Notes: generated from the letters alone by a model not told the origin. Positions 41,318 through 53,019 are shown, counted from the first letter of the stretch. The stretch is 64,000 nt of DNA from Eukaryota sp. GEM-RC1 (GCA_040285855.1 JAUFOQ010000005.1:124001-188000); one strand, 5' to 3'. Translations and numbers: made by a program.

Positions 41318-42360
41318 CTACAACAATACAATACTATTCTGTTCACAGACCTTCCTCATTTCTTCAGGCCACACACTAGCTTGAATCTCACCGATATGTG
41401 CCTTTCTCAAGAAGAACATACACAATCTGGATTGACCAATTCCACCACCCATAGACTCGGAAAGTTCACCAGCAAGTAATCTTTTGTGGAACAGAAGTTC
41501 CTTTCGTTCGGTTTGACCATGTTCTTCCAGTTGTTTAAGAAGAGATTCCGCATTTACACGAATTCCCATTGAGGATATCTCAAAAGCACTTTTCAAAACA
41601 GGATTCCAGAGAAGAATATCCCCGTTAAGTCCCTTGAAGTTCTTAATGGTAGGGGTTCTCCAATCATCGTAATCAGCGGCTCTACCATCGTGTTTCTCTC
41701 CACAAGGCATTACTGCACCGATACCTGATACAAATACTGCACCGTGTTCTTCAGTAATCTTATCTTCACGCTCTTTGGAAGTAAGATCGGGATACATGTC
41801 ATAAAGCTCTTCAGCATGGATAAAGGTGATTTTGTCAGGAAGTGAGGGGGAGATTTGAGGATATCGTTCATAGACAATGAACTCGGTTTGCTTAATCACT
41901 TTGTAAAGTCTTTTGACTGTTGACTTCAAAAACTCGAGAGTTCTGTCCTCTGGTCGAATGTTCTTTTCCCAATCCCACTGATCAACATAGACTGAGTGAA
42001 TGTTGTCAAGGTCTTCATCAGGTCGGAGTGCATTCATGTCGGTGTATAAACCATATCCAGGTTCAATTTCGTAATCTACGAGGGCCATGCGTTTCCATTT
42101 TGCGAGACTATGGACAATTTCGGCTTTTTGGTCGTCCATTGCTTTAATAGCGAACGTGACAGGGCGTTCAATTCCGTTGAGATCATCATTGATACCTGTT
42201 CCTTTCAGCACAAACAAGGGAGCTGTTACGCGGCGTAAGTATAACTCAGCAGAGAGAAAACTTTGAAACGAGTTTTTTATGACAGTAATAGCATGCTCTG
42301 TCTGCTTCAGGTCTAAAATAGGGGCGTATTTCTCAGGGATATAGAGGTTTTGGATTGCTG
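41318..42360 (-). CDS. asnA: Aspartate--ammonia ligase (asparagine synthetase A); start codon unresolved
   Basis: Motifs NDDLNGIERPV, VHSLAKWKR, GLYTDMNALRPDE, HSVYVDQWDWE, HDGRAADYDDW, GLNGDI, EISSMGIRV, GGGIGQSR. The frame stays open upstream of the called ORF (LYIPEKYAPILDLKQTEHAI...LRRVTAPLFV). Confidence 0.95.
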
Positions 42361-43394
42361 AGTTCAGGGCAACAAAAGAAAGGGATTCACATTCACATCA
42401 GTCCACTTCGATTGTTTGTGTGATTTTACTTGCCTGCCCTGCTTGTCTTTTTGCTTTTGGTAGCCGTCTCTTTATGATGAATTCAGGGCCTTTGCGCTCT
42501 ACACTTTCAAGACATCCTACACAACTAGTCTTACAGGTACTTTGATCATTCTTTCGTATCATTCCTCCATATTAACACTTTTAAGCTCCGTACGCCATAT
42601 CTACGGAGCTCAATATCTTGTTCAAGTCTCCTTCATGCTTCTTCACGTGTGTTTCTTTTGATCTCTCTTGACTCCCTTTTACACTTTGTTGCTAGTTTTA
42701 TGCCCAGCTCCCCTAACCTAGCGGTGTATCATCTTCTTGTTCACTGTTCTTCAACTTTCTTGAAACCAGTCCACATACTCTCTCAATTTTCCCCTTCCTT
42801 CATCTTACACTGTTACATTGACGTTGTCTTCATCATCTGGTGGCTTTCGAAGATTTTTGATCTCTTTCTCGACCCAAAATGTAACCCAAAAGTGTATGAG
42901 ATAGTAGACAGTGACGTGTTTTCCTTAATGAACTGACTGAACAGGGGATCATCATGATGTCTTCATGTAATGAGGTGACTTCAATCGCTTCTACTTACAT
43001 GTACTAAAAGACAAACACCATAAGTACTCTAGAAAAAGATGTGTGAAAGACTTGGACTCTGGAAAACCCCTGTCAGTTATGTAATGTATTGTTGACCTAC
43101 CTTCTGTCTTATATAAATACTGATGATTATTGGATCTATTTGTTCTTGTAGTAATCTGAAGTATGGTGATCTGAAAACTGTTTTGCAACAAGATATCTAT
43201 CAAAAAGCATTACTTCGATTATTTCTCCTTTTTGGATGAAAATTGTAATAAAGATGGACAATAATCTTTTCCATCAGGATATGACAATCTATGACAATTG
43301 TTCTTGTTCAGGAGAAAAGTTCTTAAAGAACTGAGAATTACTAAATAAACCACAAATTACAAATAAATTTATGAATAATTTCAATAAACAAAAC

Positions 43395-44858
43395 CTAGAA
43401 AGTGTAATCAATATCAGAAGTTACAGCCACAAAACCCTTTCCAAAGCTCAAAGTGGGATTCTTCACAGTAACCCCCTTAGTAATAGGAATCTCTAAACCC
43501 TTTTCTAATGCAGGATTAAAGAAGGGGACGATACCGTATTTACAAAGGTCATTAATCACCTTGGAAAGCTGTTGACCATCAATTTTAACAAATTCTGATT
43601 TAATCACATTGAATTTGAATCCAACAAGGTTCACTTTTCCATGAATTCTCATACCAGAAAGATGAACTTCAGCTACTGACTCGACATTAATAGCAACAGA
43701 TACGAGATCTTTGACCAAACCCTTGGGAGTAACTACAGAAAGATTAGCAACAACAGGAATATTGAACTTAATATTAGTATTGTTGAGAGACAACTTTGGG
43801 AAGTTCTTAGCGGCAATGGTAGCTTGCATGGGCATATCAGGATATTTTGCATACATTTCAGGAATAATAAACTTAAAAGATTTAGTATTCAAATGAATCC
43901 AGCTTTGTTGAGGAATATCCTTGTCAGTGATGGTTTGTTGGAGAAGTCCCTTGTGGAAGTAGACATAGCTGCCAGAGTTGAACATGTATTCAGACAAGAA
44001 GATCTGGATGTGGCGATCGTTGATGTGAGAGGGAATGGCGTTTGTAGGAAGAGGAGGGCGAGTCTTACTGCCATGAGGTAAGAAGTTACCGTTGAAGGCA
44101 GGGCTGATGAAGAAGTTATCAGCGTAGGCGATGTTCATGAGACGGAGATCGAAATCAGAATACTGGTCAACAGGGAAGATGGTTTGGACAGAGCTGAGGG
44201 ATTTCTTGATAGCTTGGTTGAGGACGGCTCCCATTTGAGTTCGGACAGCAGATTCAGCGGTTCCTTTGATTTTGTGAGCAATGGTTTTCTTGAACAGGTT
44301 GATAAACTTAGATGTGACTCCTCCATGGAATTTGACGTCCAAATGTCCAATAGAGATACCAGGATTGTGAGATTTAGCAGCAGGTTTACCATCTCCAGTA
44401 GCTTTAACCTCAAGAGAGATAGCAATCTTCGTATTACGGATATGTAGGTCTACTTTTCCTGAATCAGAAACCACATGATAACTATGATGAGAATGAGATA
44501 GATACAAACCGCATATGCCACTTACAGTGCAAATCGAAGCCGATGTTAGAAATAGTGAGGCGGAAACCAGATCCATCACGAGCAAGGTTGACACCACCAA
44601 ACTGGAGGTTACCGAGGACAATGTCCTTTACGCTGTACTTGATATGATGTTCTTTACCTTCTTGGTTTGGCAGCTTGATCTTACTGATCTTAGAGCGGAT
44701 TTCAGCAACCAATATATCACGGATATGATTAACACCACGTTGAGTGATCGTGGATTTGAAACCACTGTTAATCGCATTGCTCTCCGAGAGAGAACTACCT
44801 CCACAGCATGCTGAGGCGATTAGTATGAAAAAACTGGGACGAAAACAGATGAATTCAT
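43395..44858 (-). CDS. BPI/LBP/CETP (TULIP) family secreted lipid-binding protein; one 28-nt intron and one homopolymer indel near 44830
   Basis: Signal-peptide-like N-terminus, GFKSTITQRGVNHI, FLSEYMFNSGSYVYF, LNTKSFKFIIPEMYAKYPDMPM, LEKGLEIP...GFVAVTSDIDY: the two-barrel BPI pattern. Confidence 0.9.
44482..44509 (-). other. 28-nt spliceosomal intron in the BPI/LBP gene
   Basis: GTTTGTATCTATCTCATTCTCATCATAG. Removing it joins two ORFs in frame (CKWHMR|YHVVSDSGKVDL). Confidence 0.85.
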
Positions 44859-45431
44859 TCGGGATGGAATTTGAGCTAATTGCAGTGTAATGGCTTTGCT
44901 TTCCACATTCGATTTCCTTTAATCAACACAACAATTGCCATAATTAATAATTAGAGTGACGGAGTCTACTGCAGTCTTTGTTCTTCTTCTCAAAACTGTA
45001 CTCAGGAGACACATTCTGCCGTCCAGAAATCTTGAAGGATTGTGAATGCTGTCTTTCTTCTCTGTCAATCAATCAACGTCTGGATTGTCCAAACAACAAC
45101 AATGAATGTGTTTAAATATCAACAATGAATCAATCAACAAAATTTCCTTTCAATGTTACAATCCAAAACAGCAAACGATTGGTTCATTTTTTTGGCATTC
45201 AGTTGATTAACTATACTACTGCATTTATGAGAGACGAGGTAGAATGCTGTTGTAAAACAAGTAATTACAATAGAGCGATGATTTAAGCTCATTAAGAATC
45301 TATAATAAAAAGAGGAAATTTGTTAACATAATTAGCTATAGACGGATAACTAACTACTGTGTACTTACCATAACGATAATATCACGTCATTTCAGTGTTT
45401 TAGATTTCACATACCAATTAAACCTTTCAGG

Positions 45432-45655
45432 TTAAGTAAATTTTAATTTACGTTGTGATGATGAATCGATGTACAATCTGGGTTTTTCATCATAAGAATC
45501 TAAAATCTCTTCAATTGTAGGATTCTGCTGAAATGCTATAGCAAAAACTGATACAGCTTTATTTCTCATATAAGTAGACCTATCAACAAACTTCTGAATC
45601 GATGAATTGGCTTTCAGCGGAACTGAAGCTACATAATTGTCATCTACCACATATA
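45432..45655 (-). pseudogene. 3' fragment of an LRR gene
   Basis: LKANSSIQKFVDRSTYM...KLKFT matches the C-terminus at 53673-53870; the downstream flank 45215-45400 matches 53470-53660. Confidence 0.65.
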
Positions 45656-45742
45656 GTCTCACTTCGCATTTAGTCTCAGTGAGACTATTTATGGTGTTGG
45701 AACAAAAAAAAAGAGCCTCGTATTTAGTCTCAGTGAGACAAA
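45654..45742. repeat. TAGTCTCA/TGAGACTA motif cluster, remnant related to the subterminal repeats of 27914-28646
   Basis: TAGTCTCAGTGAGAC occurs twice plus a third TAGTCTCA, at the truncation point of the LRR fragment. Confidence 0.5.
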
Positions 45743-45745
45743 TTA

Positions 45746-46200
45746 TTGTCGCCGGTGTACAGTAGCGGGAACCCTAATTATGGTTCTTTGCTTTCCTTAT
45801 CAAATAACAATACAGTTGTTAAAAAGCATGTTTCACGTGGTGATGCCATCAGTTTTGTAGAAGTTAATCTTTCAGACAATTGTTCTGTTAAATTTACAAT
45901 TTTAGATGATCTTCACGGTGATAACTGTACTGACTTTATTGGTTGGAAAGTTAGAGGTAGTCTTCAGAATGGTTCTACTCCGATTCCTTGTATAGGTACT
46001 AGGGGTTACAGTAAAGAATCCTTCTCGAGTTTAAATATAAGTTTACCTACTACTACCAAATGAGAGTCAATTACTGTTAGTTTTTCAAATGATATAGCAC
46101 ACTTCAAACCTTCTACTGGTACAACTACATTTAGTAATGATATTCCTAGTAATTTGGTTGTAAGAATTCTGGGGCGAAATTGTTGGTGGATTGTAGTGCT
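45746..46200 (+). pseudogene. Gene fragment, possibly SPRY-like beta-rich domain
   Basis: LLSLSNNNTVVKK...FTILDD...DFIGW pattern; no ATG and an internal stop at 46061-46063. Confidence 0.3.
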
Positions 46201-46972
46201 GACAAATACTATCAACACCATTGTTGTTTGAAGAACTGAGATTATCATCCATAACGGCTGATGGTTTTTTAGACCCATTATTAGGAGAATATTTAGAATG
46301 CTTGATCGCAGCAGCAGAGAGATGTCTGAATCTTAAACACAACCTGTTTCACACAAAGTTTTCAGTAGCTTAAGTATTAAGGAGTGAATTCTTGGATTGG
46401 CAGCGCTTCTCAGTCTACACCAACATAGCACTGAAGTCTGAAGCTCCAACATGATCTTCTTGTCATGACATGATTGGATTTCAACAGAGGAGCTCACATC
46501 AATCACATCAATCAAATTGTTAAAAAAATAGTAATTTGTCAGAATTGCTTTCTGTACTAGCGGCTCACCTTACAAATATACACTAGTCGGATCACTTGTT
46601 GACACAACGTTATGTATTCCGACATAACCTGTTCAGAGTCTGGAGAGTTTAATTCAGCAACACATAAAGCTACTGTTTTAGTTGTGACCACGGATCCTCA
46701 ATAAATAATTTATCATATAAATTGTTACAATAAACATATCACATTAATTGATTTTTGACAAATCACATCATCACTTATTATGCTTAAATTCTATTTAGGT
46801 TTAAATGTCATGGTTTTAAGTGGAAAATTGAATCTGTTCTTAAGCATTATAGTGATGATAATATTACCAATTCTCGACGAGGTGATCTCATTGTTCCATA
46901 ACTTGATTCTTGTCAAGCAGTGCTGAAAGTTAACACTGTTGATCCTTGTGCAAAAGTGTATTTGAATTCAAT

Positions 46973-47370
46973 TTCGAGCTATGTTCGGTCCAACACGGTG
47001 TTGGAAAATATTCAACACGTGTTGAGTGTTGGCGCCAACACGTGTTGGATAAATTCTGAGCAGAAAAGAATAACTCACCTTAAGATCAACAAACTGAAAA
47101 AAACACATCTGTTTTTCACTCATGTTACAGTTGAACCAAGTTGATAAATTGGCACTGATTTTCAATGATTCCAGAACTGATAACATGAAGAGCTCGACAA
47201 TAATCCAGACATTAAAGTAAACTTTGGAGTAAACTTGAATTTTTTACCTTTATTCAATATAGTTTTATCTAGAACAGTAGAAATTTTCATTGAAGTGACA
47301 TATAAGAATGACATATCCAACACGTGTTGGGCCAACACGTCTCCGAACATAGATTTCGAGTGACTCTGAA
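46973..47370. repeat. Second copy of the CAACACGTGTTG-palindrome repeat
   Basis: Direct similarity to 31300-31625. Confidence 0.75.
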
Positions 47371-47440
47371 AAACAAAGCCGAAAAACGAAAAATTGATGC
47401 TTGCTCTGACACAATGAAGAAACTCAATTCCGATTTGTAT

Positions 47441-48477
47441 TAGAGTTGGGCAAAACTTGACTTGGCCTAGACTTGGACTTGAAATTTTTTCAACTTGAAC
47501 TTGGACTTGACTTGGGACCCAACAATCCAAGTCAACTTGGACTTGAACTTGACTTGGACTCGAGTCGAACTTGAATTGGACTTGAAAAACACAGAATAGG
47601 GCAGAACATTCAGTCTGAAAAGTACATTTTACTAGAACACATATCACTTATTATTGAGGTATTGGTATCTCATTTGTCAATACTGATGATAGTTTGTATT
47701 TGTATGAGTAAATTAAAGGCGTTTTTTATATTACTTGTACAACTAAACTAAAATAACATCAACAGATTTGAGATGAAATATGACATTGTGAAAGTCACAA
47801 TTCTACTGTTCCATTTCATTCGTCTGTTCTCATCAACGCTACGGGTTTTGTTGCGAAATTTGTTGCACAGAATCTTATGGGATGTTTAGAAGTGGTGAAC
47901 CTACAATTCCGTAATCCAATACGTACTCTAAAACGTTCTGCTCGTTCCAGTACTAGATTTATTCTTGAAATACACTCTTCGAAGTGTTGCCTACAACAAT
48001 CATGTCATCTATATAATTAAGTGAATATTTACATCATAATGTTTTGAAAAATGGCTGGTATATTCTTCAATTCAACACATGCTCGTTTGAAGCTAATAGA
48101 CATTCCAGGTATAGACACACTGGTCTTCTCGACATTTTCTTCAGCTACATTTAGCTGCCAGAATGCTTTAGGAAGGTCAAGTGTTCCAATGAAATGTTGG
48201 TCTTAGGTACCATGATGTAAGATAAAAGCAAATATATAAGAATATAAACAAGGTTAATAAGCCATTACACTAACAGAAACTAGCTTTCGAAAGTCACTCT
48301 AGAACATCACAGACACGTGGCACAAAGAGTGCCAAGTCGACTTGACTTGGACTTGACTTGGGATCCGAAAATCCAAGTGAACTTGGACTTGGACTCGAGT
48401 CAACTTGAACTTCGACTCAAGACAAGTCGAAGTCAAGTCGAAATTTGGAGACTCAAATCAAGTTTTGCCCAACTCTA
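47441..48477. mobile_element. hAT-type non-autonomous element (1037 bp) containing a gypsy RT fragment
   Basis: Perfect 20-bp TIR TAGAGTTGGGCAAAACTTGA, exact 8-bp TSD ATTTGTAT (47433-47440 and 48478-48485), and subterminal ACTTG(G/A) arrays at both ends. Confidence 0.9.
47820..48205 (-). pseudogene. Degenerate Ty3/gypsy reverse transcriptase fragment
   Basis: Minus strand reads HFIGTLDLPKAFWQLNVAEENVEKTSVSIPG...ELKNIPAIFQNIM, then YIDDMIVVG (YIDD at 48004-48015) and INLVLERAERFRVRIGLRNCRF. Confidence 0.85.
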
Positions 48478-50117
48478 ATTTGTATTCTTCTTCTCATTCA
48501 TTCATGTTGCTATATCAATTGTCGGTAATATTCGAAGTGCTTCTGAGAATTTCTTTCATGCTGTATCAAAATTGTGTCGTGATCGAAGAAAAACTGTTAA
48601 TGACTCTTTGGCGCAATTGCATTGTTTTTTTTAAAGAAGTTCCAAAGTATTTGAATCGTATTTTGGACAAATTGAATCGTGGTAGTTCAAGAGTAGATGT
48701 AGATAATTCAATATCTTTTTAGTACTAGTACATTGTAGTTTGTCAGTTACTACAAAACTATGAAAACAATTATGAGTTAAAGAAGATCTCATCTATATGT
48801 GCTATCACAACAACTGGGATTTCTACGCAAGTAAGTTCCTTCAAATGACACGTAGGAGTATGTTAGTTTCGTTCATTTTTTCTCTCTCCTTCTATCATTC
48901 AATTCAGACCTAGCTCTACCTACTACTTTTGTTTATTGATGTGCCTTCCTACAACTGGCTTCTAGAACGAGTTTGACTGACCAGTTCAGGTTATAATCTT
49001 AGAATTCCTTTTTTAGGATTAAACAATTTTGAGATAATCAGATTGCTGTAAATCAATTTGCAGTTCATTGAAGACGTCATGCTGGAGAAGTACATTAAAC
49101 TGAAACTAGAAATCGAAGATTTATGTTAAACCCACTGATTCATTTCTATGAGTAATTTACTCCAAGATGAAACAATTTTACAACAAATCAACTTAAAATC
49201 AGGACAAGAAAACATACAAGAGGTACACCAATGTGTGTAGTAACTTTCCTTTGCTGATTACGTTTGATAAAAGGAATTCATCCATTGGGAATCTTCTTGT
49301 TGCAAAGAACTTTCCTTCATCTGTATCTTTCTAATACAGTCACTGTATTACATATTAACATCCACGACTTATTTATTATCACACTACACACATTTCCCAC
49401 AATGTTGCTTTGACACAGCTTTGATATTGACCTACCTCTGAACCGTTCCTACATACAAGCTTTCTTCTTTGGAATTGTAGCTGAATGTTCAGCCGTATTC
49501 ATTCGGATAGGCTTGTGCATGGAGTCAGGAGAGACTTATTCATGACTAAAAGTGGCAGATTTGTTCTTGCTCTTATCTTCTGCCTACGTGTGTAGAAATC
49601 CCTGTTATGATATGAGTTCTTCATCTTCAGATTCACATTCATTAGTTTCCTTGTTAGTAACAACTGTATAGGAAACTCCTTAGATTCTTGTGGCTTATCT
49701 CAATGATCGCTGTTAGGGAAAAGTACCACGTCTACATAGAACCTATTGAGAACTTGTTTCTAATCCACATACTCTATAGAAACATAACATCGCTTCAAAC
49801 AAGTTCTTGTTTCTCAATACAAACCGCCTTGCTGCTATTCAGATATCTTGTTTTCTTACTCTTACTCTTACCTGGGAGTTACTACTGCCTTCTCTTTCAT
49901 TTTCTTGAACAACATCACTTCAACTCCTGGATTTCCCTTGACATCTAGTACCAATTTGACTTTGAGGGACAGACTTTTACTCATTCTTTGTGTTTTAACT
50001 CTTTCCATTATTCCTAGCAAAAAAAGAAGATTATACGTGTATTAAAGTTGTTTATCTCAAGCAGTGATCTGCTGATTAAATCAAATAATAACATCAGAAA
50101 CTCAAAAGAAAAACAAT

Positions 50118-52991
50118 CTACAGTAAATGTATTTTTACAAAACCATCTCCATCATTACTTCCACTAGTATTTACTGGATTTAATCCTGAATTGAAAGATC
50201 CAGCTCCATACGAGGGGTATGTATTGTTGTGCTGATTTTGAGGAACAACACTACCCCCGGTATACCCCCCGCCTCCTCCTCCTTCATATCTGGCACCTCC
50301 ACCACAACCAAATCCTCCGTGAGCTGTAATAGAACGACCAGTATCACTTTGACCACCCATTCCTCCATTAAGAAAGGACTTACCTCCAGTACTATTACCA
50401 CTAGTTGCATTCTGACAATCAAGAGTGAATCCACCTCCACCAGCACCATATCCACCTTTACCAACACCTTCAGTGAAATCTACTCTACCATCAGATCCGT
50501 TTGTTTTCCAATGACTAAGATTCTGCCCATTACCACCTCCTGCAACTATTAAAGGAGAAGAATCCAAAACAACAAAGGAACCACCTCCACCTCCTCCGGC
50601 AACATACATACCACCTTTAGCATCACACCCAACCTGACCAACCAATATTTTAATAATTTGACCAGATTTCAATTCAAATTCACCAATCATTACTGCTCCT
50701 TTTCCAGGTTTAGTTGAAGTGTTATAATTATTATTACCACCTCTAGCTCCAGCACATTCAATTCTATACATTCCAGTTAAAGGTACAGTCCAATGTTGAA
50801 TCCCATCAATAACATTAAAATTTTCAATATTTTTAAAATATTCATGGTGATAAGCACCAATACAGTCCTCAAGAGAAGGTCCAGTTCTACCTGTTTTTCC
50901 AGCATTAGTAAAGGTAAATGAGAAAAACAGTTGAGATAATTGAGAGTTTCTTTGCTTTAAAGTGACAACATTCTTTTCTAACTCAGATTTATCATTATTT
51001 AAATTCTGAACAAGATCATCAAGTGTTTTCTTTTGCTGGGACATAGTCAAGAGCTCATTTTTTTGAAAGTTTAACACTAGTAAGGCATTATCAGCAAAAT
51101 ACTTTTGGAAGAATTGAAACAATTTTGAATCATTTTTTAAGTCTGAAAATATTTCAAAAATAGCAACAGGATCTGTCACTTTCAAATCAAAACCATTGAC
51201 ACAATCATGAAATACGTCAACATCCCAATCAAAATTTCGCCAAGAATCAACAAGACTTTTGGCCAAAAACGTTGAATAATCAGCTGTAACTGATGGAGAA
51301 AGAAGTTTGAAAGCTAAAGGTGATGGAGAAAATCCTTGATAACTATTTAGAAACTCAAAAGGAACAACTGTCATAAAATTGACAACAAAATATTCGAGAT
51401 CAGATTTAGCTCTATCAGCAGCTTGAAAAGTCCATAAGAACCAATTAGGAGGAATTTTGTCTAATTGTTTAATATTTGGAAAATTATCAACTGACCATTG
51501 TAGTAAAACAGACTCAAAAGATTTTTCATCAAATAAAGGTTGAATTAAAGTGTACAGATTGTTGTAATTAAATTGATGAATATCAATTAAAATTAAAATA
51601 GAATATAATTCTTCGCTGGTTAATTTTTCAGAATCTACCATACTTTTGGCGAAAAATGATAAATAATCAGCTGTAACTGATGGAGAAAGAAGTTTGAGAG
51701 CTAAAGGTGATGGACAAAATCCTTGATAACTATGTAGAAACTCAAAAGGAACAACTTTCATGAAAATGTCAACAACATATTCAAGATTAGATTTAGCTCT
51801 ATCAGCAGCTTGAAAAGTCCATAAAAACCATTGAGGAGGAATTTTCTCCAATTGTTTAATATTTGAAAAATTTTGAACTGACCATTGTAATAAAACAGAC
51901 TCAAAAGATTTTTCATCAAATAAAGGTTGAATTAAAGTGTACAGATTGTTGTAATCAAAATGATGAATATCAATCAACTTTAAAATAGAATTTAATTCTT
52001 GACTGGTTAATTCTTGATTTTTAAAAGTTTCTAAAAGACATTGAATAAGCCACCAATTATCAACAATAGGAAACAACATTTGAAGTATTTCAACAGACAA
52101 TGGTAATGAATCGAGTTTTAGGGGTTGAGAAAGATTTTTAAAAATATTTAAAATTTCTTCAACGAATCGAACTTGATGACGAACATTTGCTGAATTCAAA
52201 AGAGACAACAATTCCAAATCAGTAAAAGTATTTGTTAATAAAAACGTCTTACAAGCTTCCAAAAGCTCTGGAACTTGGAAATAAAAGGACAATTGGTAAA
52301 AACTCAAAACATTTGAAATATTGACCTTAATTGAATCTGAATAGAACAAATTAAAAAATTGTTCAAAAATATCTTCTTCTACTCCTTCAAATTCTGATTC
52401 ATAAGTGATTTTTCGATCATTTGAATCATTAAAACTAGTAGAGAATTGGTTCAGAAAAGTTGCTGACGTGGCAACTAAAATTAGGGAATTTGTTTGAATG
52501 TGTACTTCCTTGTAAGTAATTGACACGTGACTAGGGGCAAACTTTCTAAAATTAGCAACAATCACGTCATGATTTAATTGAAAAGTAAACGTTTCCTTCA
52601 GGTTCAATTCAGAAGCAATAAGAAGAGCAAGAAAATGAGAAAGGTTAGTGTATTTCAAGTAAGTAGAGACAACACCAGTATGATAGAGATCTTGAAAAGT
52701 GAACTTCAGAGGGAGACCGTAGAAGGAGTTTAAGACTTTGAAGAAGAGGGAGGAATCGGGAAGCAAATAAAAAAGGGAAACGAGATCATCTAGTTTGGAG
52801 GAAGAAAACAGTTTGGTTTTGAGAAGTTCACTGAAGAGAGAAACGACGGCAGAATGACAAGGAAACTCGTCATCGTGAAGGAAAATGGATGAGTCAATGA
52901 GAACACCTTCTTTACGAAGATTACAAAGCTTTGCAGTGATAGTAGATGGAGGGAAGGCGAAGGTTTTGGTAGGAGAAGATTCAGTCCCCAT
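50118..52991 (-). CDS. BTB/POZ protein with an internal 129-aa duplication, coiled coil and C-terminal ALK/LTK-like glycine-rich domain
   Basis: Two BTB-like regions (FPCHSAVVSLFSELLK; NSLILVATSATF...FFNLFYSDSIKV...YFQVPELLEACKTFL). C-terminus FTFTNAGKTGRTGP...IQHWTVPLTGMYRIECAGARGG...GGGGGSFV. First ATG (MGTES) at 52991. Confidence 0.85.
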   Translation of the reverse strand: MGTESSPTKTFAFPPSTITAKLCNLRKEGVLIDSSIFLHDDEFPCHSAVVSLFSELLKTKLFSSSKLDDLVSLFYLLPDSSLFFKVLNSFYGLPLKFTFQDLYHTGVVSTYLKYTNLSHFLALLIASELNLKETFTFQLNHDVIVANFRKFAPSHVSITYKEVHIQTNSLILVATSATFLNQFSTSFNDSNDRKITYESEFEGVEEDIFEQFFNLFYSDSIKVNISNVLSFYQLSFYFQVPELLEACKTFLLTNTFTDLELLSLLNSANVRHQVRFVEEILNIFKNLSQPLKLDSLPLSVEILQMLFPIVDNWWLIQCLLETFKNQELTSQELNSILKLIDIHHFDYNNLYTLIQPLFDEKSFESVLLQWSVQNFSNIKQLEKIPPQWFLWTFQAADRAKSNLEYVVDIFMKVVPFEFLHSYQGFCPSPLALKLLSPSVTADYLSFFAKSMVDSEKLTSEELYSILILIDIHQFNYNNLYTLIQPLFDEKSFESVLLQWSVDNFPNIKQLDKIPPNWFLWTFQAADRAKSDLEYFVVNFMTVVPFEFLNSYQGFSPSPLAFKLLSPSVTADYSTFLAKSLVDSWRNFDWDVDVFHDCVNGFDLKVTDPVAIFEIFSDLKNDSKLFQFFQKYFADNALLVLNFQKNELLTMSQQKKTLDDLVQNLNNDKSELEKNVVTLKQRNSQLSQLFFSFTFTNAGKTGRTGPSLEDCIGAYHHEYFKNIENFNVIDGIQHWTVPLTGMYRIECAGARGGNNNYNTSTKPGKGAVMIGEFELKSGQIIKILVGQVGCDAKGGMYVAGGGGGGSFVVLDSSPLIVAGGGNGQNLSHWKTNGSDGRVDFTEGVGKGGYGAGGGGFTLDCQNATSGNSTGGKSFLNGGMGGQSDTGRSITAHGGFGCGGGARYEGGGGGGYTGGSVVPQNQHNNTYPSYGAGSFNSGLNPVNTSGSNDGDGFVKIHLL
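51243..52012 (-). repeat. In-frame tandem duplication, 387-bp (129-aa) period
   Basis: CAGCTGTAACTGATGGAGAA occurs at 51281 and 51668; the two peptide copies are near-identical. Confidence 0.9.
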
Positions 52992-53019
52992 AACAACTTG
53001 ATTCAAGATGGTTCTAAAG

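Noticed and set aside
43711..44814. Overlapping antisense and alternate-frame ORFs over BPI and other genes
   Set aside because: Shadow ORFs of real coding sequence with no independent motifs.
47455..47590. ORF 47162-47647 with QVQVQV repeats as a real protein
   Set aside because: It is the translation of ACTTG(G/A) subterminal repeats of the hAT element.
48900..50045. Possible decayed minus-strand gene or transposase
   Set aside because: Purine-biased but full of stops, with no assignable motif.
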